Translations under genes and position numbers: made by a program
NCBI GenBank assembly: GCA_039818205.1
Contig: JBCBUK010000004.1
Coordinates: forward strand, 136,302 to 200,301
From: Verrucomicrobiota bacterium
Lineage (GTDB): Bacteria > Verrucomicrobiota > Verrucomicrobiia > Opitutales > Cerasicoccaceae
Reading direction: 5' to 3'
Length of the DNA: 64,000 nucleotides
Shown: positions 52,290 to 61,932 of the stretch, one piece after another
How the letters are laid out: the number at the start of each line of letters is the position of its first letter
Position numbering within the stretch: position 1 is the stretch's first letter
Notes under the pieces: generated by a model
What the model saw: the letters and a program-made list of their open reading frames with translations, nothing else
Databases searched by the model: none
Told to the model about the DNA's origin: nothing

Positions 52290-53201
52290 CTATCCAAGCC
52301 GCAGTTTGTCCGCCAGTTCGACGGCGTTACCAAAGCTGGTGATGTCGGCTTCGCCTTTGCCGGCTAATCCAAATGCGGTGCCGTGGTCCGGGCTGGTACG
52401 GATGAAGGGGAGCCCGAGGGTGATGTTAACTGACTGCGCGAAATCAACGGATTTGAGTGGGGCAAGGCCCTGGTCGTGGTACAATGCAATCACGACGTCG
52501 AATTCTCCCTGCAGATGGCGCCAGAAGATCGTGTCACCGGGTTGGCAGGTGGAGAGTCCCGGGTAGTTTGCCCGAAGGCTGTCGAGAATTGGATCAATCA
52601 CGCCCTGTTCCTCGAAGCCCAGCAGACCGCCTTCGCCAGCGTGAGGGTTGAGACCGCAAACGCCGATTCTTGGCGGCTCCCGAGTTCCCAATCGCCGGGC
52701 GAGGAAGTCAGCATCTTTCACGGTTCGCAGCAACGACTCGTAGTTCAGGTGGTTGGGCACGTTGACGAGTGGCACGTGCCAGGTGGCTAGCACGATCCGC
52801 ATTTTGCCGCCACCAAACGCCATCGAGGGTTTGCCATGCCATTTTTCGGCGAAAAATTCCGTTTGGCCCGGGAAATTCCATCCAGCTCGCTCCATCCAAT
52901 GCTTGCTGACGGGGGCCGTCACGACGCCGCGGTAACGTCCCTGCCGGCATCCGTAGGCGGATTCTTCCAGCGCATCCAGGGCGATGACGGCGCCTTCGAC
53001 GGTGGGTTCACCTGGCACTGCGCGAAAGTTCGGGTCTCCAATTGGGTGGCAATTGGGGCATCCTACCTCGCGCAACCAGCTCTCGGGGCCAATGAGGCAG
53101 ATGTCTTTCTGACGGTCCCGGTTTTGGTTAACCCAGTCGTGGATGATTTCAGGTCCGACTCCGGCCGGGTCGCCGCAGGTGATGGCGAGTGGTTTAGGCA
53201 T
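52290..53201 (-). CDS. pdxA: 4-hydroxythreonine-4-phosphate dehydrogenase
   Basis: GDPAGVGPE, TAPVSK, GLNPHAGE, YHDQGL, RTSPDHGTAF. Confidence 0.95.
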   Translation of the reverse strand: MPKPLAITCGDPAGVGPEIIHDWVNQNRDRQKDICLIGPESWLREVGCPNCHPIGDPNFRAVPGEPTVEGAVIALDALEESAYGCRQGRYRGVVTAPVSKHWMERAGWNFPGQTEFFAEKWHGKPSMAFGGGKMRIVLATWHVPLVNVPNHLNYESLLRTVKDADFLARRLGTREPPRIGVCGLNPHAGEGGLLGFEEQGVIDPILDSLRANYPGLSTCQPGDTIFWRHLQGEFDVVIALYHDQGLAPLKSVDFAQSVNITLGLPFIRTSPDHGTAFGLAGKGEADITSFGNAVELADKLRLG

Positions 53202-53208
53202 GGCAAAA

Positions 53209-53964
53209 CTAGGTTCGTTTGCGGGTGTAGCCGCGGCTATCCTCGAATTCAAAAAATGTAAGGAACTGTTTGCCGCGATCGGTCGTGGCCAAGCCCTCCT
53301 GGATGGCCTGGACGGCCTTGGTTTTTGGTGATCCCACCGGTTTGCTCAGGTAGACGGCTCGATAGCAGCGTTTAAGATCATTGATTTCTTCCGGGCTGAA
53401 GCCACGGCGTTTGAGGCCAATTAAGTTCAAACCGGCGACTTCATTCTCATTGGCAGCGGTTACGAACGGTGGCACGTCGTAGGTTATGCGGGCGACTCCG
53501 CCGATCATCGCACCTTCGCCAATGCGGCAGAATTGGTGCACGGCTGCATTGCCACCAATGAAAACATTGCTGCCAATTGTGACATGCCCACCGAGCAAAA
53601 CGCCGTTCGCTAAGACCACGCGGTCACCGATCTCGCAGTCATGGCCAACGTGAGAATTCGCCATGAGGAAGCAATTGGAGCCAACGACGGTATTTTTCCC
53701 GCTGTGGATTGAGCGGTTGATCGTGACCCCTTCGCGGATTCGGGTGTCGTGGCCAACCGTGACACCGCTATTCGTTGTGGGATCAAATTTCAGGTACTGC
53801 GGATCGCCACCGATGACTGCGAAATGGTCGATTTCAACCCCGTCACCCAAGGTAGTTCTGGATTTAACGACGGCAAATGGGGCAATCGTGGTATCCTTAC
53901 CGGCAGTGACGTTGGATTCAATGATCGCGCTGGGCGGAGCATTTCCAGTGGGGGAGTCCGACAT
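53209..53964 (-). CDS. lpxA: acyl-ACP:UDP-GlcNAc O-acyltransferase
   Basis: Hexapeptide repeats, IGGDPQ, IREGVTINR, HVGHDC, VHQFCRIG, DVPPF, GLNLIGLKRRGF. Confidence 0.9.
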   Translation of the reverse strand: MSDSPTGNAPPSAIIESNVTAGKDTTIAPFAVVKSRTTLGDGVEIDHFAVIGGDPQYLKFDPTTNSGVTVGHDTRIREGVTINRSIHSGKNTVVGSNCFLMANSHVGHDCEIGDRVVLANGVLLGGHVTIGSNVFIGGNAAVHQFCRIGEGAMIGGVARITYDVPPFVTAANENEVAGLNLIGLKRRGFSPEEINDLKRCYRAVYLSKPVGSPKTKAVQAIQEGLATTDRGKQFLTFFEFEDSRGYTRKRT

Positions 53965-54025
53965 AGAGCGCTGATCCTAGGCGTATTCTAGCGGGCTCAA
54001 AGCCAAAAAAGGGTGAGGGCGAAAA

Positions 54026-54499
54026 TTACTTCTTCCGCGCGAGTTTACACACGCGGTCGAACTCGCTTTTCGTCACCGGGGTGATCGAGAGCCGATTTCC
54101 TCGCTGGGCGACCCGCATCTCCGACAATTTGGAGTCAGCCTTGATCTCATCCAGACTGAGTGTGTCGGGGAAGGTTTCGACGTATTTGACGGTCACCATG
54201 CACCAGCGGGGATTGTCCGGAGATGCCTTTTCGTCAAAATAGTTGCTTTTGGGGTCCCAGGCTGAGGGGTCGGGGATCGCCTCGCCCACCACTTCTGCCA
54301 GACCCACCACGCCCGGGGTCTTACACCGTGAGTGGTAAAACAGGATTCCATCGCCAACCTGCATCTCATCCCGCATGAAATTGCGGGCCTGGTAGTTGCG
54401 AATACCATCCCATGGCTCCGTCTGGTTGGGACAATTGCTGAGGTCTTCCAAAGAGAAGGCATCAGGCTCACTCTTCATCAGCCAGTATTTTTTCGGCAT
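54026..54499 (-). CDS. EVE domain protein
   Basis: YWLMKSEP, WDGIRNYQARNFMR, FYHS, RLSITPV. Confidence 0.95.
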   Translation of the reverse strand: MPKKYWLMKSEPDAFSLEDLSNCPNQTEPWDGIRNYQARNFMRDEMQVGDGILFYHSRCKTPGVVGLAEVVGEAIPDPSAWDPKSNYFDEKASPDNPRWCMVTVKYVETFPDTLSLDEIKADSKLSEMRVAQRGNRLSITPVTKSEFDRVCKLARKK

Positions 54500-54509
54500 A
54501 TGAGGATGA

Positions 54510-54749
54510 CTACTGGTCCTTTGGCGTTTCGTCAAACTCCGTGATTTGTTCTTCGGCCGCTTTCAGGTATTCTTCGACAACCCGTGCGAGGTTGTTGGCG
54601 ATTAGATTCTGGAAGTAAGGATCACCGGAACACCGTTTGGTGATCTCAGGGAATTGGTCGGCGGTGATATCGACCTCTAGTTTGCTGCGAAAGCCTCGTG
54701 ACGTTGGGGAGTCCAGGTTCATGACTCTTACTATGCAAACAGGTTCCAT
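54510..54749 (-). CDS. small hypothetical protein
   Basis: ORF ends 10 nt before the EVE start; alternative start ATG 54722. Confidence 0.6.
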   Translation of the reverse strand: MEPVCIVRVMNLDSPTSRGFRSKLEVDITADQFPEITKRCSGDPYFQNLIANNLARVVEEYLKAAEEQITEFDETPKDQ

Positions 54750-54830
54750 TTTGCCAACAGGGTTTATACGAAATTCTTCAATAAAGGATTATTGTTTTTT
54801 GTGCTTGGTTTTGAGGTCCTGAAATCGCTT

Positions 54831-54934
54831 AAAATAAAGACCGCTCCCTCCAAATGGAGAAAGCGGCCATTAGTTTCTACCCCAAAACGTCCCTTGCGGG
54901 ACCTAACAAACTTCTACTCTCTAACACTGAAATT
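54831..54934 (-). ncRNA. candidate small RNA or leader with GCAA hairpin and intrinsic terminator
   Basis: GUCCC-GCAA-GGGAC hairpin (54889-54902); 13-bp terminator stem with G-U pairs only on the minus strand (54839-54868) plus UUUAUUUU; no CDS ends upstream of it. Confidence 0.5.
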
Positions 54935-54944
54935 GACATATTCT

Positions 54945-54961
54945 AGCGGGCTGGGTTCCAA
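54945..54961 (-). promoter_or_regulatory. candidate sigma54 (-24/-12) promoter
   Basis: Minus strand TTGGAACCCAGCCCGCT: GG-N10-GC spacing, but CC in place of the consensus TT before GC. Confidence 0.4.
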
Positions 54962-55152
54962 AAAAGATCATTTCAGGAACATAATTTTTCTGGTTAGTAA
55001 CTAGTTGTATCTAGGGTTACGGGCCGAGGTGCCGTTCGGGTGGAATATTTGGGTTTCTCATTAAGAAATTACCCAGAAATCGATGATTTAGGCGGCCTTT
55101 TCGTTATTTCGCCTTTTCATTGTCGGCGAAATCGCTTTTGCTGCGCGGCCTT

Positions 55153-56667
55153 ATGGCTAAAGCGAAAACCGCGATTTCACCCACCCGCCAGGAAAACTAC
55201 CCGGAGTGGTATCAGCAAGTGATTAAGGCAGCCGATATGGCTGAGAACTCATCGGTGCGCGGGTGCATGGTGATCAAGCCGTGGGGATTCACTCTCTGGG
55301 AAAACATCCAGCGGGTGCTCGACGACATGTTTAAGGCGACTGGCCACGTGAACGCATATTTCCCGCTGTTCATCCCAAAGAGCTACCTTGAGCGCGAGGC
55401 TAAGCACGTCGAAGGATTCGCGAAAGAATGTGCGGTGGTTACTCATTCTCGCCTGATCGATGACGGGGAGGGTGGCCTAAAGCCTGACGGCCAACTGGAA
55501 GAACCCCTGATCGTTCGCCCGACTTCCGAGACGATAATTGGAGCCAGCTACGCGAAATGGGTCCAGAGCTACCGCGATTTACCAATCTTGATCAACCAAT
55601 GGGCGAACGTCGTTCGCTGGGAGATGCGCACACGACTTTTCCTCCGCACCGCGGAATTCCTCTGGCAGGAAGGGCACACCGCGCACGCGACATCGGAGGA
55701 AGCCATGGAGGAGACCCGGCGCATGCTTGAGGTCTACGCTGATTTTGCCGAGAACTGGATGGCGATGCCAGTCATCAAGGGAGAGAAAACGGAGGGTGAA
55801 CGCTTTCCCGGGGCTGACCATACCTACTCGATTGAGGCGATGATGCAGGATCGGAAGGCGCTGCAGGCGGGCACGAGTCACTTCCTCGGGCAGAACTTTG
55901 CCAAGGGTTGCGGGATTCAATTTTTGAGTGAGGCAGGCGAGCAAGAGTATGCCTGGACCACTTCGTGGGGGGTATCGACCCGCTTGGTCGGTGGCTTGAT
56001 CATGACCCACTCCGATGATGATGGTCTGGTGTTGCCTCCAAAACTGGCACCTAAACAAATCATCATTCTCCCTGTATTGCATAAGGCGGAAGATCCTGGT
56101 GCGGTGCTGGAATATTGTACGACACTCAAGAGCGAACTTGAATCGCAGGTCTTTGCGAACCGTCCGATCCAGGTCGAGCTGGATAAGCGGGATCTGCGTG
56201 GGGGTGACAAGCGTTGGGAATGGATCAAGAAGGGGGCGCCGATCATTCTGGAAGTCGGCCCACGTGATATGGCGAAGGACGGTGTTTTTGCCTTCCGCCG
56301 CGACACCGGAGAGAAGCAAGGTGTGGCACGGGCCGAGTTTGTGGCAACCGCGATTGCGCGACTCACTGAGATCCAGGACAATTTGTTCCAACGCGCGGTC
56401 GACTATCGCGACGCGAATACCCGACGGATCGATTCAAAGGAAGAGTTTATCGAATACTTTAAGGCGGAAAATCCGGACAAGCCCGAGATCCACGGTGGTT
56501 TTGCCCTGGCACATTGGGGTGGGGGAGCCGAGGAGGAGGACGCGTTGGCCAAAGAATACAAGGTTACAATCCGTTGTGTGCCCTTGGAGGGCGACGACGA
56601 GCCCGGGACTTGCCCCTTTACAGGCCGTCCCAGCGCCAAACGCGTTGTCTTTGCCAAATCCTACTAG
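55153..56667 (+). CDS. proS: proline--tRNA ligase (archaeal/eukaryote-like type)
   Basis: VRGCMVIKPWG, RPTSETI, FLRTAEFLWQEGHT, QAGTSHFLGQNF, TSWGVSTR, C-terminal KSY. Confidence 0.97.
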   Translation: MAKAKTAISPTRQENYPEWYQQVIKAADMAENSSVRGCMVIKPWGFTLWENIQRVLDDMFKATGHVNAYFPLFIPKSYLEREAKHVEGFAKECAVVTHSRLIDDGEGGLKPDGQLEEPLIVRPTSETIIGASYAKWVQSYRDLPILINQWANVVRWEMRTRLFLRTAEFLWQEGHTAHATSEEAMEETRRMLEVYADFAENWMAMPVIKGEKTEGERFPGADHTYSIEAMMQDRKALQAGTSHFLGQNFAKGCGIQFLSEAGEQEYAWTTSWGVSTRLVGGLIMTHSDDDGLVLPPKLAPKQIIILPVLHKAEDPGAVLEYCTTLKSELESQVFANRPIQVELDKRDLRGGDKRWEWIKKGAPIILEVGPRDMAKDGVFAFRRDTGEKQGVARAEFVATAIARLTEIQDNLFQRAVDYRDANTRRIDSKEEFIEYFKAENPDKPEIHGGFALAHWGGGAEEEDALAKEYKVTIRCVPLEGDDEPGTCPFTGRPSAKRVVFAKSY

Positions 56668-56674
56668 GGCTCGC

Positions 56675-57457
56675 CTAGCGGCGGATAAACGCTCGACCCT
56701 TGATGACCACTGGGTGTCGCATCCCTTCGGTCAGGAACGCGTGACCGCTTCGAACCGCATTCGCCATGCCTTGCCCATTCGCAAGGTTGGCGGTTATCGC
56801 GGCGGAAAGCGTGCATCCGCTGCCGTGGGTATCGACACCATGGATTCGCGTGCTGGAAATTCGCTCCATTTTCCCGTCCGCCGAAACTAGCAAGTCTTGG
56901 ATTTGATCGGATGCGAGGTGGCCACCTTTCAACAGGACCGCCGTTCCATAGTCTCGAGCAAGCGTCTGGGTGGCGGATTCCATGTCCTCAATTGTCTCCG
57001 GCCGTTGACCCAGCAGCACACCAGCCTCATCCAGATTGGGCGTGATCAGTGTGGCCAGCGGCAGGAGTTCCTGCTTGAGGGTTTGGATTGCATCTTCTTG
57101 AAGTAGGCGAGCACCGCTGGTCGAGACCATGACGGGGTCGACGACGAGCGGGATTTCGTTTTCGCGGATAAATGCGGCGGTGGTTCGGATCAGCGAATCG
57201 GAAAAAAGCATGCCGGTCTTTGCGGCGCGGATAGGGAAATAGTCGATTAGCTGCATGAGTTGCGCTTGGAGAAACTCAGGTGGTAGTTCGTGGATCGCCG
57301 AGACGCCCTCTGGGTTTTGTGCCGTGAGAGCCGCAAAGGCGGAAACACCGAAGCAGTTGCACTGTCTAAAGGTGAGTAGGTCGGCTTGAATGCCCGCGCC
57401 ACCTCCACTGTCGCTCGTTGCAATCGTCAGGGCGACAGGAGTTTCGGTAATTTCCAT
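56675..57457 (-). CDS. thiD: hydroxymethylpyrimidine/phosphomethylpyrimidine kinase
   Basis: SDSGGGAGIQAD, KTGML, VDPVMVSTSG, TPNLDEA, KGGH, HGSGCTLSAA. Confidence 0.95.
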   Translation of the reverse strand: MEITETPVALTIATSDSGGGAGIQADLLTFRQCNCFGVSAFAALTAQNPEGVSAIHELPPEFLQAQLMQLIDYFPIRAAKTGMLFSDSLIRTTAAFIRENEIPLVVDPVMVSTSGARLLQEDAIQTLKQELLPLATLITPNLDEAGVLLGQRPETIEDMESATQTLARDYGTAVLLKGGHLASDQIQDLLVSADGKMERISSTRIHGVDTHGSGCTLSAAITANLANGQGMANAVRSGHAFLTEGMRHPVVIKGRAFIRR

Positions 57458-57742
57458 TTTTCCTTGCACTATTTGTTCGATACAGGGGTTAAGCGATTGA
57501 TACCAGGTGATAATCGAGGGCTTGCATTCTTTTGACCAGAATGTTCAAGCAATGATTTTCCCACACTCAACCGGTAAATTTTTCGGAGCTAGTCTGCGCA
57601 CCTTAACCCGCATGGACAAAAGTCCGTTTACCCTTAAGGAAAAAAGCTTGTCATTACCCGGTAAGTGTTTGTTCTTTCGATCTTTTAAATCGTGGCGCTT
57701 TGCCGCTGAAACACAATTTTTGAACATACCCTCATTATAATC

Positions 57743-60700
57743 GTGCGGAAATTGTTACAACGTTCTGCCTATTTTTTTGCGTTTTGGATGCTGGTTGGTT
57801 TGGCCCCCGTTGCCAAGGCTCAGGATCCAACCTCCATGACACTTTCCAACCTGTTGGAAACGGCTACCGGGATGGTAGATTCGCAGGAATACCTCGCGGC
57901 TCGGCCCTTTCTGACGGAGCTGGTGACGCGGATGTCGGACCTGCCTGAGTCCGAGCGAGGAAGTCTGGAAAATATTTATTTGTATCTAGCGATTGGCTAT
58001 CTCGTTGAGTATTCCCAGTCCGGTGATAGCGGAAATCTAAATGGCGCGCTGACTTGGTTGGAACGACTGAACAAAGAATTTCCAAACGGTCAGTTTGTGG
58101 TGCGCTCGCACCTCTTTATGGCAGACTGTTACCGCGGTTTGCAGCAGTTCAATCGAGCTGCGGATGTCTACGAGAAGATGTTGGCTCCGCCCATTGAAGG
58201 CCGGATGAATAGTTCTGAGCGCGCGGAAGTTTTGAAGAAACTTGCCGAAGCTCTTTATGTTACGCGTTCCTGGCAGCGAGGCTTGAAGTGGTTCCGCATG
58301 TATTTGGACGAGTCGCAAAGCCCGGACGATCGCGCGCTTGCTGCCGCCGCACTGCTTGAGGCGAACATCAATCTCCAGAATTACGACGACGCCTTGGCCT
58401 ACTTGCGCTTCCTGATTGGTGAATCGCCGGCGCGTTACAAGTTGCAGCTCAACGTCGCGTTGATCGATGCCGGGGACAAGCTAGCCAATGAAAAACGCTA
58501 TGCGGAAGCCATGCTCATGTATCGCATGGTATTGACGGTTGACGAAATCATTGAGTGGCAAAACGCCCACCTGAATAGTTTGGAAAAGCAACTTGAGCGC
58601 CTTCGTCTGATCACGAGCGATCGCAACAATGAGCGCGCAATCCAACTGGAAACGGAAATTTTTAATACCAAAGCGCAGCTTGAGGCACTTGACACGCTTG
58701 AGCCCTACACGGCTGCGCTGAAGGTTCGCATCGCGCGTAATTACCTCCTTACCTACCGCGATTGGGAATCATTTTACGCTTACATGATCATCATCGAGGA
58801 GTATCCTGATCATGAAAACTACGAGGATTTCCTTTACGCTGCATTTTCTGGCGCTGCCAAGGTCGGCAAGGGTGAATCGGTCATCGAGCTAGGTGAGCGG
58901 TATTTGGAGAATGAAGACTTCCTGAACTACCGCGATGACGTCATCGTCAAACTACTTGAATACTATCGTGACCGTCAGGATTTCGACGAATTTTTCTATC
59001 TCGCGAAGAGTTTTGTGACCGAGAGCCCGGAGTCTGATTTTGCGTCGTCCGTCATCTTTTTGATGGGATCGACTTATGCCCAGCTGAATCGATTCCAGGA
59101 GATGATCGATCAGTTCCAGACTTGGGAGAAAGCTTACCCGAACACCAAGATGGATCCAGGTCTGTTTTATTGGATCGGTTTGGGGATGATCCTCGAAAGC
59201 GACTACGAAGGCGCTTGGGAATACTTTAACCGAGTCGTTAACGACTTTCCGAACAACGTGTATGCACAGGACTCCCTTTACCGGCGCGGTATCTGTTACA
59301 TGGGCTTCGAGGAGTATGACGCGGCCAAGCGTGATTTTGACGAATACGTTCGCAAGTACCCGGACACACCACTTCGCGGAGAGGTTGAGTACTTCCTCGG
59401 TGAGATTGAATCTGCTCTGGGTAACGTTCAGTCCGCCCTCAAGCACTACAACAACGTTGAAAAATACACCGACAATATCGCATTCATTCAGAATGCATAT
59501 TTCCAGATGGGTGTCTTGTTGGAAGCCAACAAGCAATACTCTGAAATGGCAGATGTCTTTTTGCGGTTCATCGATCGGTTCGCAGACCAAGGTGAGCTCA
59601 CAGGCGCGATTTTCCAGCTAGGCCGTGCCTACGAACTCGACCTGAAACCGCACTTGGCGCTCGAGCAGTATGTTGAGGCAATTGAGGAGTTCGGTGACGA
59701 CCCTTACACCTACGGTTTGGACGACATTCTGAAGGCTCACCCAGAAAAATACTATTTGAACCAACAGCTGCTCGCCGAAAATATTGATTTGCTGAACAAA
59801 CTCTACAACGACCGGGATTTCCGTGAGAAGATCAACCAGGATCGCCAGTGGCTGTTCAACTATATCGCGGACAAGCCGTTGATTCGCGAAAATATCAAAC
59901 GGGCGCTCTATCAGGCGGAGTATCGCGCGAACTTGGTTGATAATCCTGAGATTTTGGACGAGTGGATTCAGGAGTTTAATGAACTCCAAGCAGTTTTTCC
60001 GGAAGAAACGCCGGAGGAACTCTTCACTGCGATGTATGAGGAGGCGCGTGAAAACGCCGAGGAGACATTGGCGCTGCGTCTACAGTTTGCGATCGATCAG
60101 TTGGGCAATGATGTTGATCCGGACCGGATCTTTACCGAGGACGACTTTTTCTATGCCAGTCCGGTTGTTCTTATTTGGATCGGTAAGCGCTTGGAGCGCT
60201 ATGATCGTAATGCGTCCCGTTCAGCTTACGAGCTTGTGATCACAGACCACCCGGAATCCGACCAAGTATTCAATGCCCTGGTTGCATTGGGCGATCTCGA
60301 CTTTGAAGACGGCGAGGTAGATGAGGCACTGATCAAATACCAGCTGGCTGAAGCGGAGTATCCGACTCACGTGAACATGGTCGATACGCTGATGAAGCAG
60401 GGGAACGCCTACAATTCTTTACGCGAGTATGACTTTGCTCGGGAGAAGTTCCGCGAAGTCGTTGGTAATCGTGATTGGCGAGGTGAGATTCACGCTGAGG
60501 CACTTTTCAAAATTGGAGATTCGTTCATGCAGCAAGGCCAGCTAAAGCAAGCCCAAGCTTTTTATGAGCGCGTCTATATCGGTTACCCTATCTACATCGA
60601 TTGGGCCTCCAATTCCTATTTGGAGAGTGGAAAGATTCTCATTCAGTTGGGCTTGAAAGACCAAGCCCGAGAGGTGTTTGATGAGTTTTTGGCTAATGAT

Positions 60701-60757
60701 TCCTACGAAGACACCGACGCCTATCCAGAAATTAAGCAACTCCGCGGTACCCTATAA
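57743..60757 (+). CDS. large exported tetratricopeptide-repeat protein
   Basis: Signal peptide (GTG start, AKA-Q); many TPR_6/YfiO-like repeats (..YP....A.Y..G). Confidence 0.85.
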   Translation: MRKLLQRSAYFFAFWMLVGLAPVAKAQDPTSMTLSNLLETATGMVDSQEYLAARPFLTELVTRMSDLPESERGSLENIYLYLAIGYLVEYSQSGDSGNLNGALTWLERLNKEFPNGQFVVRSHLFMADCYRGLQQFNRAADVYEKMLAPPIEGRMNSSERAEVLKKLAEALYVTRSWQRGLKWFRMYLDESQSPDDRALAAAALLEANINLQNYDDALAYLRFLIGESPARYKLQLNVALIDAGDKLANEKRYAEAMLMYRMVLTVDEIIEWQNAHLNSLEKQLERLRLITSDRNNERAIQLETEIFNTKAQLEALDTLEPYTAALKVRIARNYLLTYRDWESFYAYMIIIEEYPDHENYEDFLYAAFSGAAKVGKGESVIELGERYLENEDFLNYRDDVIVKLLEYYRDRQDFDEFFYLAKSFVTESPESDFASSVIFLMGSTYAQLNRFQEMIDQFQTWEKAYPNTKMDPGLFYWIGLGMILESDYEGAWEYFNRVVNDFPNNVYAQDSLYRRGICYMGFEEYDAAKRDFDEYVRKYPDTPLRGEVEYFLGEIESALGNVQSALKHYNNVEKYTDNIAFIQNAYFQMGVLLEANKQYSEMADVFLRFIDRFADQGELTGAIFQLGRAYELDLKPHLALEQYVEAIEEFGDDPYTYGLDDILKAHPEKYYLNQQLLAENIDLLNKLYNDRDFREKINQDRQWLFNYIADKPLIRENIKRALYQAEYRANLVDNPEILDEWIQEFNELQAVFPEETPEELFTAMYEEARENAEETLALRLQFAIDQLGNDVDPDRIFTEDDFFYASPVVLIWIGKRLERYDRNASRSAYELVITDHPESDQVFNALVALGDLDFEDGEVDEALIKYQLAEAEYPTHVNMVDTLMKQGNAYNSLREYDFAREKFREVVGNRDWRGEIHAEALFKIGDSFMQQGQLKQAQAFYERVYIGYPIYIDWASNSYLESGKILIQLGLKDQAREVFDEFLANDSYEDTDAYPEIKQLRGTL

Positions 60758-61887
60758 TGAAAGCCTACTTTAGTATCTTTGCTCTCGTCAGCCTATTGCT
60801 TTCCAGCGGTCTCTTCGCGCAGCAGGACGGCTCGCAGTATTATGGATTGTATGCGGGGAAGCCGGTTAAGGTAATCAACCGCACGGCGGGGTCCCAGCGC
60901 ACCGGTGAGCTGTATCTGGTCGGGGTCGACCGTGGTGATCTGTTGCTAAGCGTGAATCCCAACCAGACGCTTGGTGGCCAGATTGGCCTGCCGATCGACA
61001 CGCAAGGTTTGAATCTTCAAGTGGTCTTCCCAAATACGGTTGTGGAAGCCATTAACGATATCAACACCGGTAACTACGAAAAGGGAATCGCGGTCTTGCG
61101 TCCCATGGTTTACCCGTTGCTGGCCTACCTGAAAATTCCAGAAGATAGCATCAATATCCACAAGGTCGTTGAGCGTTACCTCTACGCATTGGTTAACAGC
61201 AATGGAAATGAGGTAGAAGCGGCCGAGATTATTCGTCGATTGCCGCTCAATGAGATCCCGCCGGCGTTTACGGTCAATTCGCTTGTATTCGTTTCCAAGT
61301 TTGTGGAGATGGGCAATAAGGAAGAGGCGCTTCGTTTGCTCAATCGTATCCCAATGGATCCCAAGAATCCTCGGATGCTGGACCTTGTGCTGCAGTTTGC
61401 GAATGATTTGCGTTCCTCCGAAAACTACGACGAAGCCCTACTGTTATATGATCGCCTTCAAAGTGCCAAGGGTACTGAGCAGGCAACTCTTGCGACATTA
61501 TGGAGCGCCTATTGCAACGTGGCACTCGATCGGTTTCAGATCGCCAACTTGTTTGTCGAAAAAGCCGGAGATTTTAAACCAGAGGACAAGCCTTATTCGC
61601 TAGCTCGCCTGGTCCAAGGAAAGATTGAACTTCAGAAAATGGACTTCCCGAAAGCCATGGAGTTTATCGCCGAGGGTGTCGTAGCGACCGATGTTGGTTA
61701 CAACTGGGCTCCAGAACTGACCTTTACCGTTGGCTACTGCTACGAAAATATGGACTTCCCGGATACCGCTCGTGAGGTATACAAGGAAGTGATTCTCTTC
61801 TATCCCGACTCGATATGGTCCACCGAAGCTGAAGAAGCGACCCTGCGTCTTCCCCCACCTGCACCTCGCGAAGAACCCGGTGCCTAG
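60757..61887 (+). CDS. exported TPR protein with N-terminal beta-rich domain
   Basis: Signal peptide; C-terminal TPR (YKEVILFYPDSIW); start overlaps the previous stop (TAATG). Confidence 0.8.
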   Translation: MKAYFSIFALVSLLLSSGLFAQQDGSQYYGLYAGKPVKVINRTAGSQRTGELYLVGVDRGDLLLSVNPNQTLGGQIGLPIDTQGLNLQVVFPNTVVEAINDINTGNYEKGIAVLRPMVYPLLAYLKIPEDSINIHKVVERYLYALVNSNGNEVEAAEIIRRLPLNEIPPAFTVNSLVFVSKFVEMGNKEEALRLLNRIPMDPKNPRMLDLVLQFANDLRSSENYDEALLLYDRLQSAKGTEQATLATLWSAYCNVALDRFQIANLFVEKAGDFKPEDKPYSLARLVQGKIELQKMDFPKAMEFIAEGVVATDVGYNWAPELTFTVGYCYENMDFPDTAREVYKEVILFYPDSIWSTEAEEATLRLPPPAPREEPGA

Positions 61888-61932
61888 ATTCCTTAATTCT
61901 CAGACTCTAATACTCTCAATCCAATCATTGTA

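Noticed and set aside
54734..54748. Second sigma54-like element TGGAACCTGTTTGCA before the small hypothetical gene
   Set aside because: GG to GC spacing is 9 nt, not the required 10
54510..54961. zapA-ssrS-like arrangement beside the EVE gene
   Set aside because: The small ORF does not resemble ZapA and the intergenic RNA is two local hairpins, not a long rod
57470..57742. Short palindromes (TTACCCGGTAA, CCTTAAGG) upstream of the TPR operon
   Set aside because: Too short and irregular to distinguish from chance in an AT-rich promoter region
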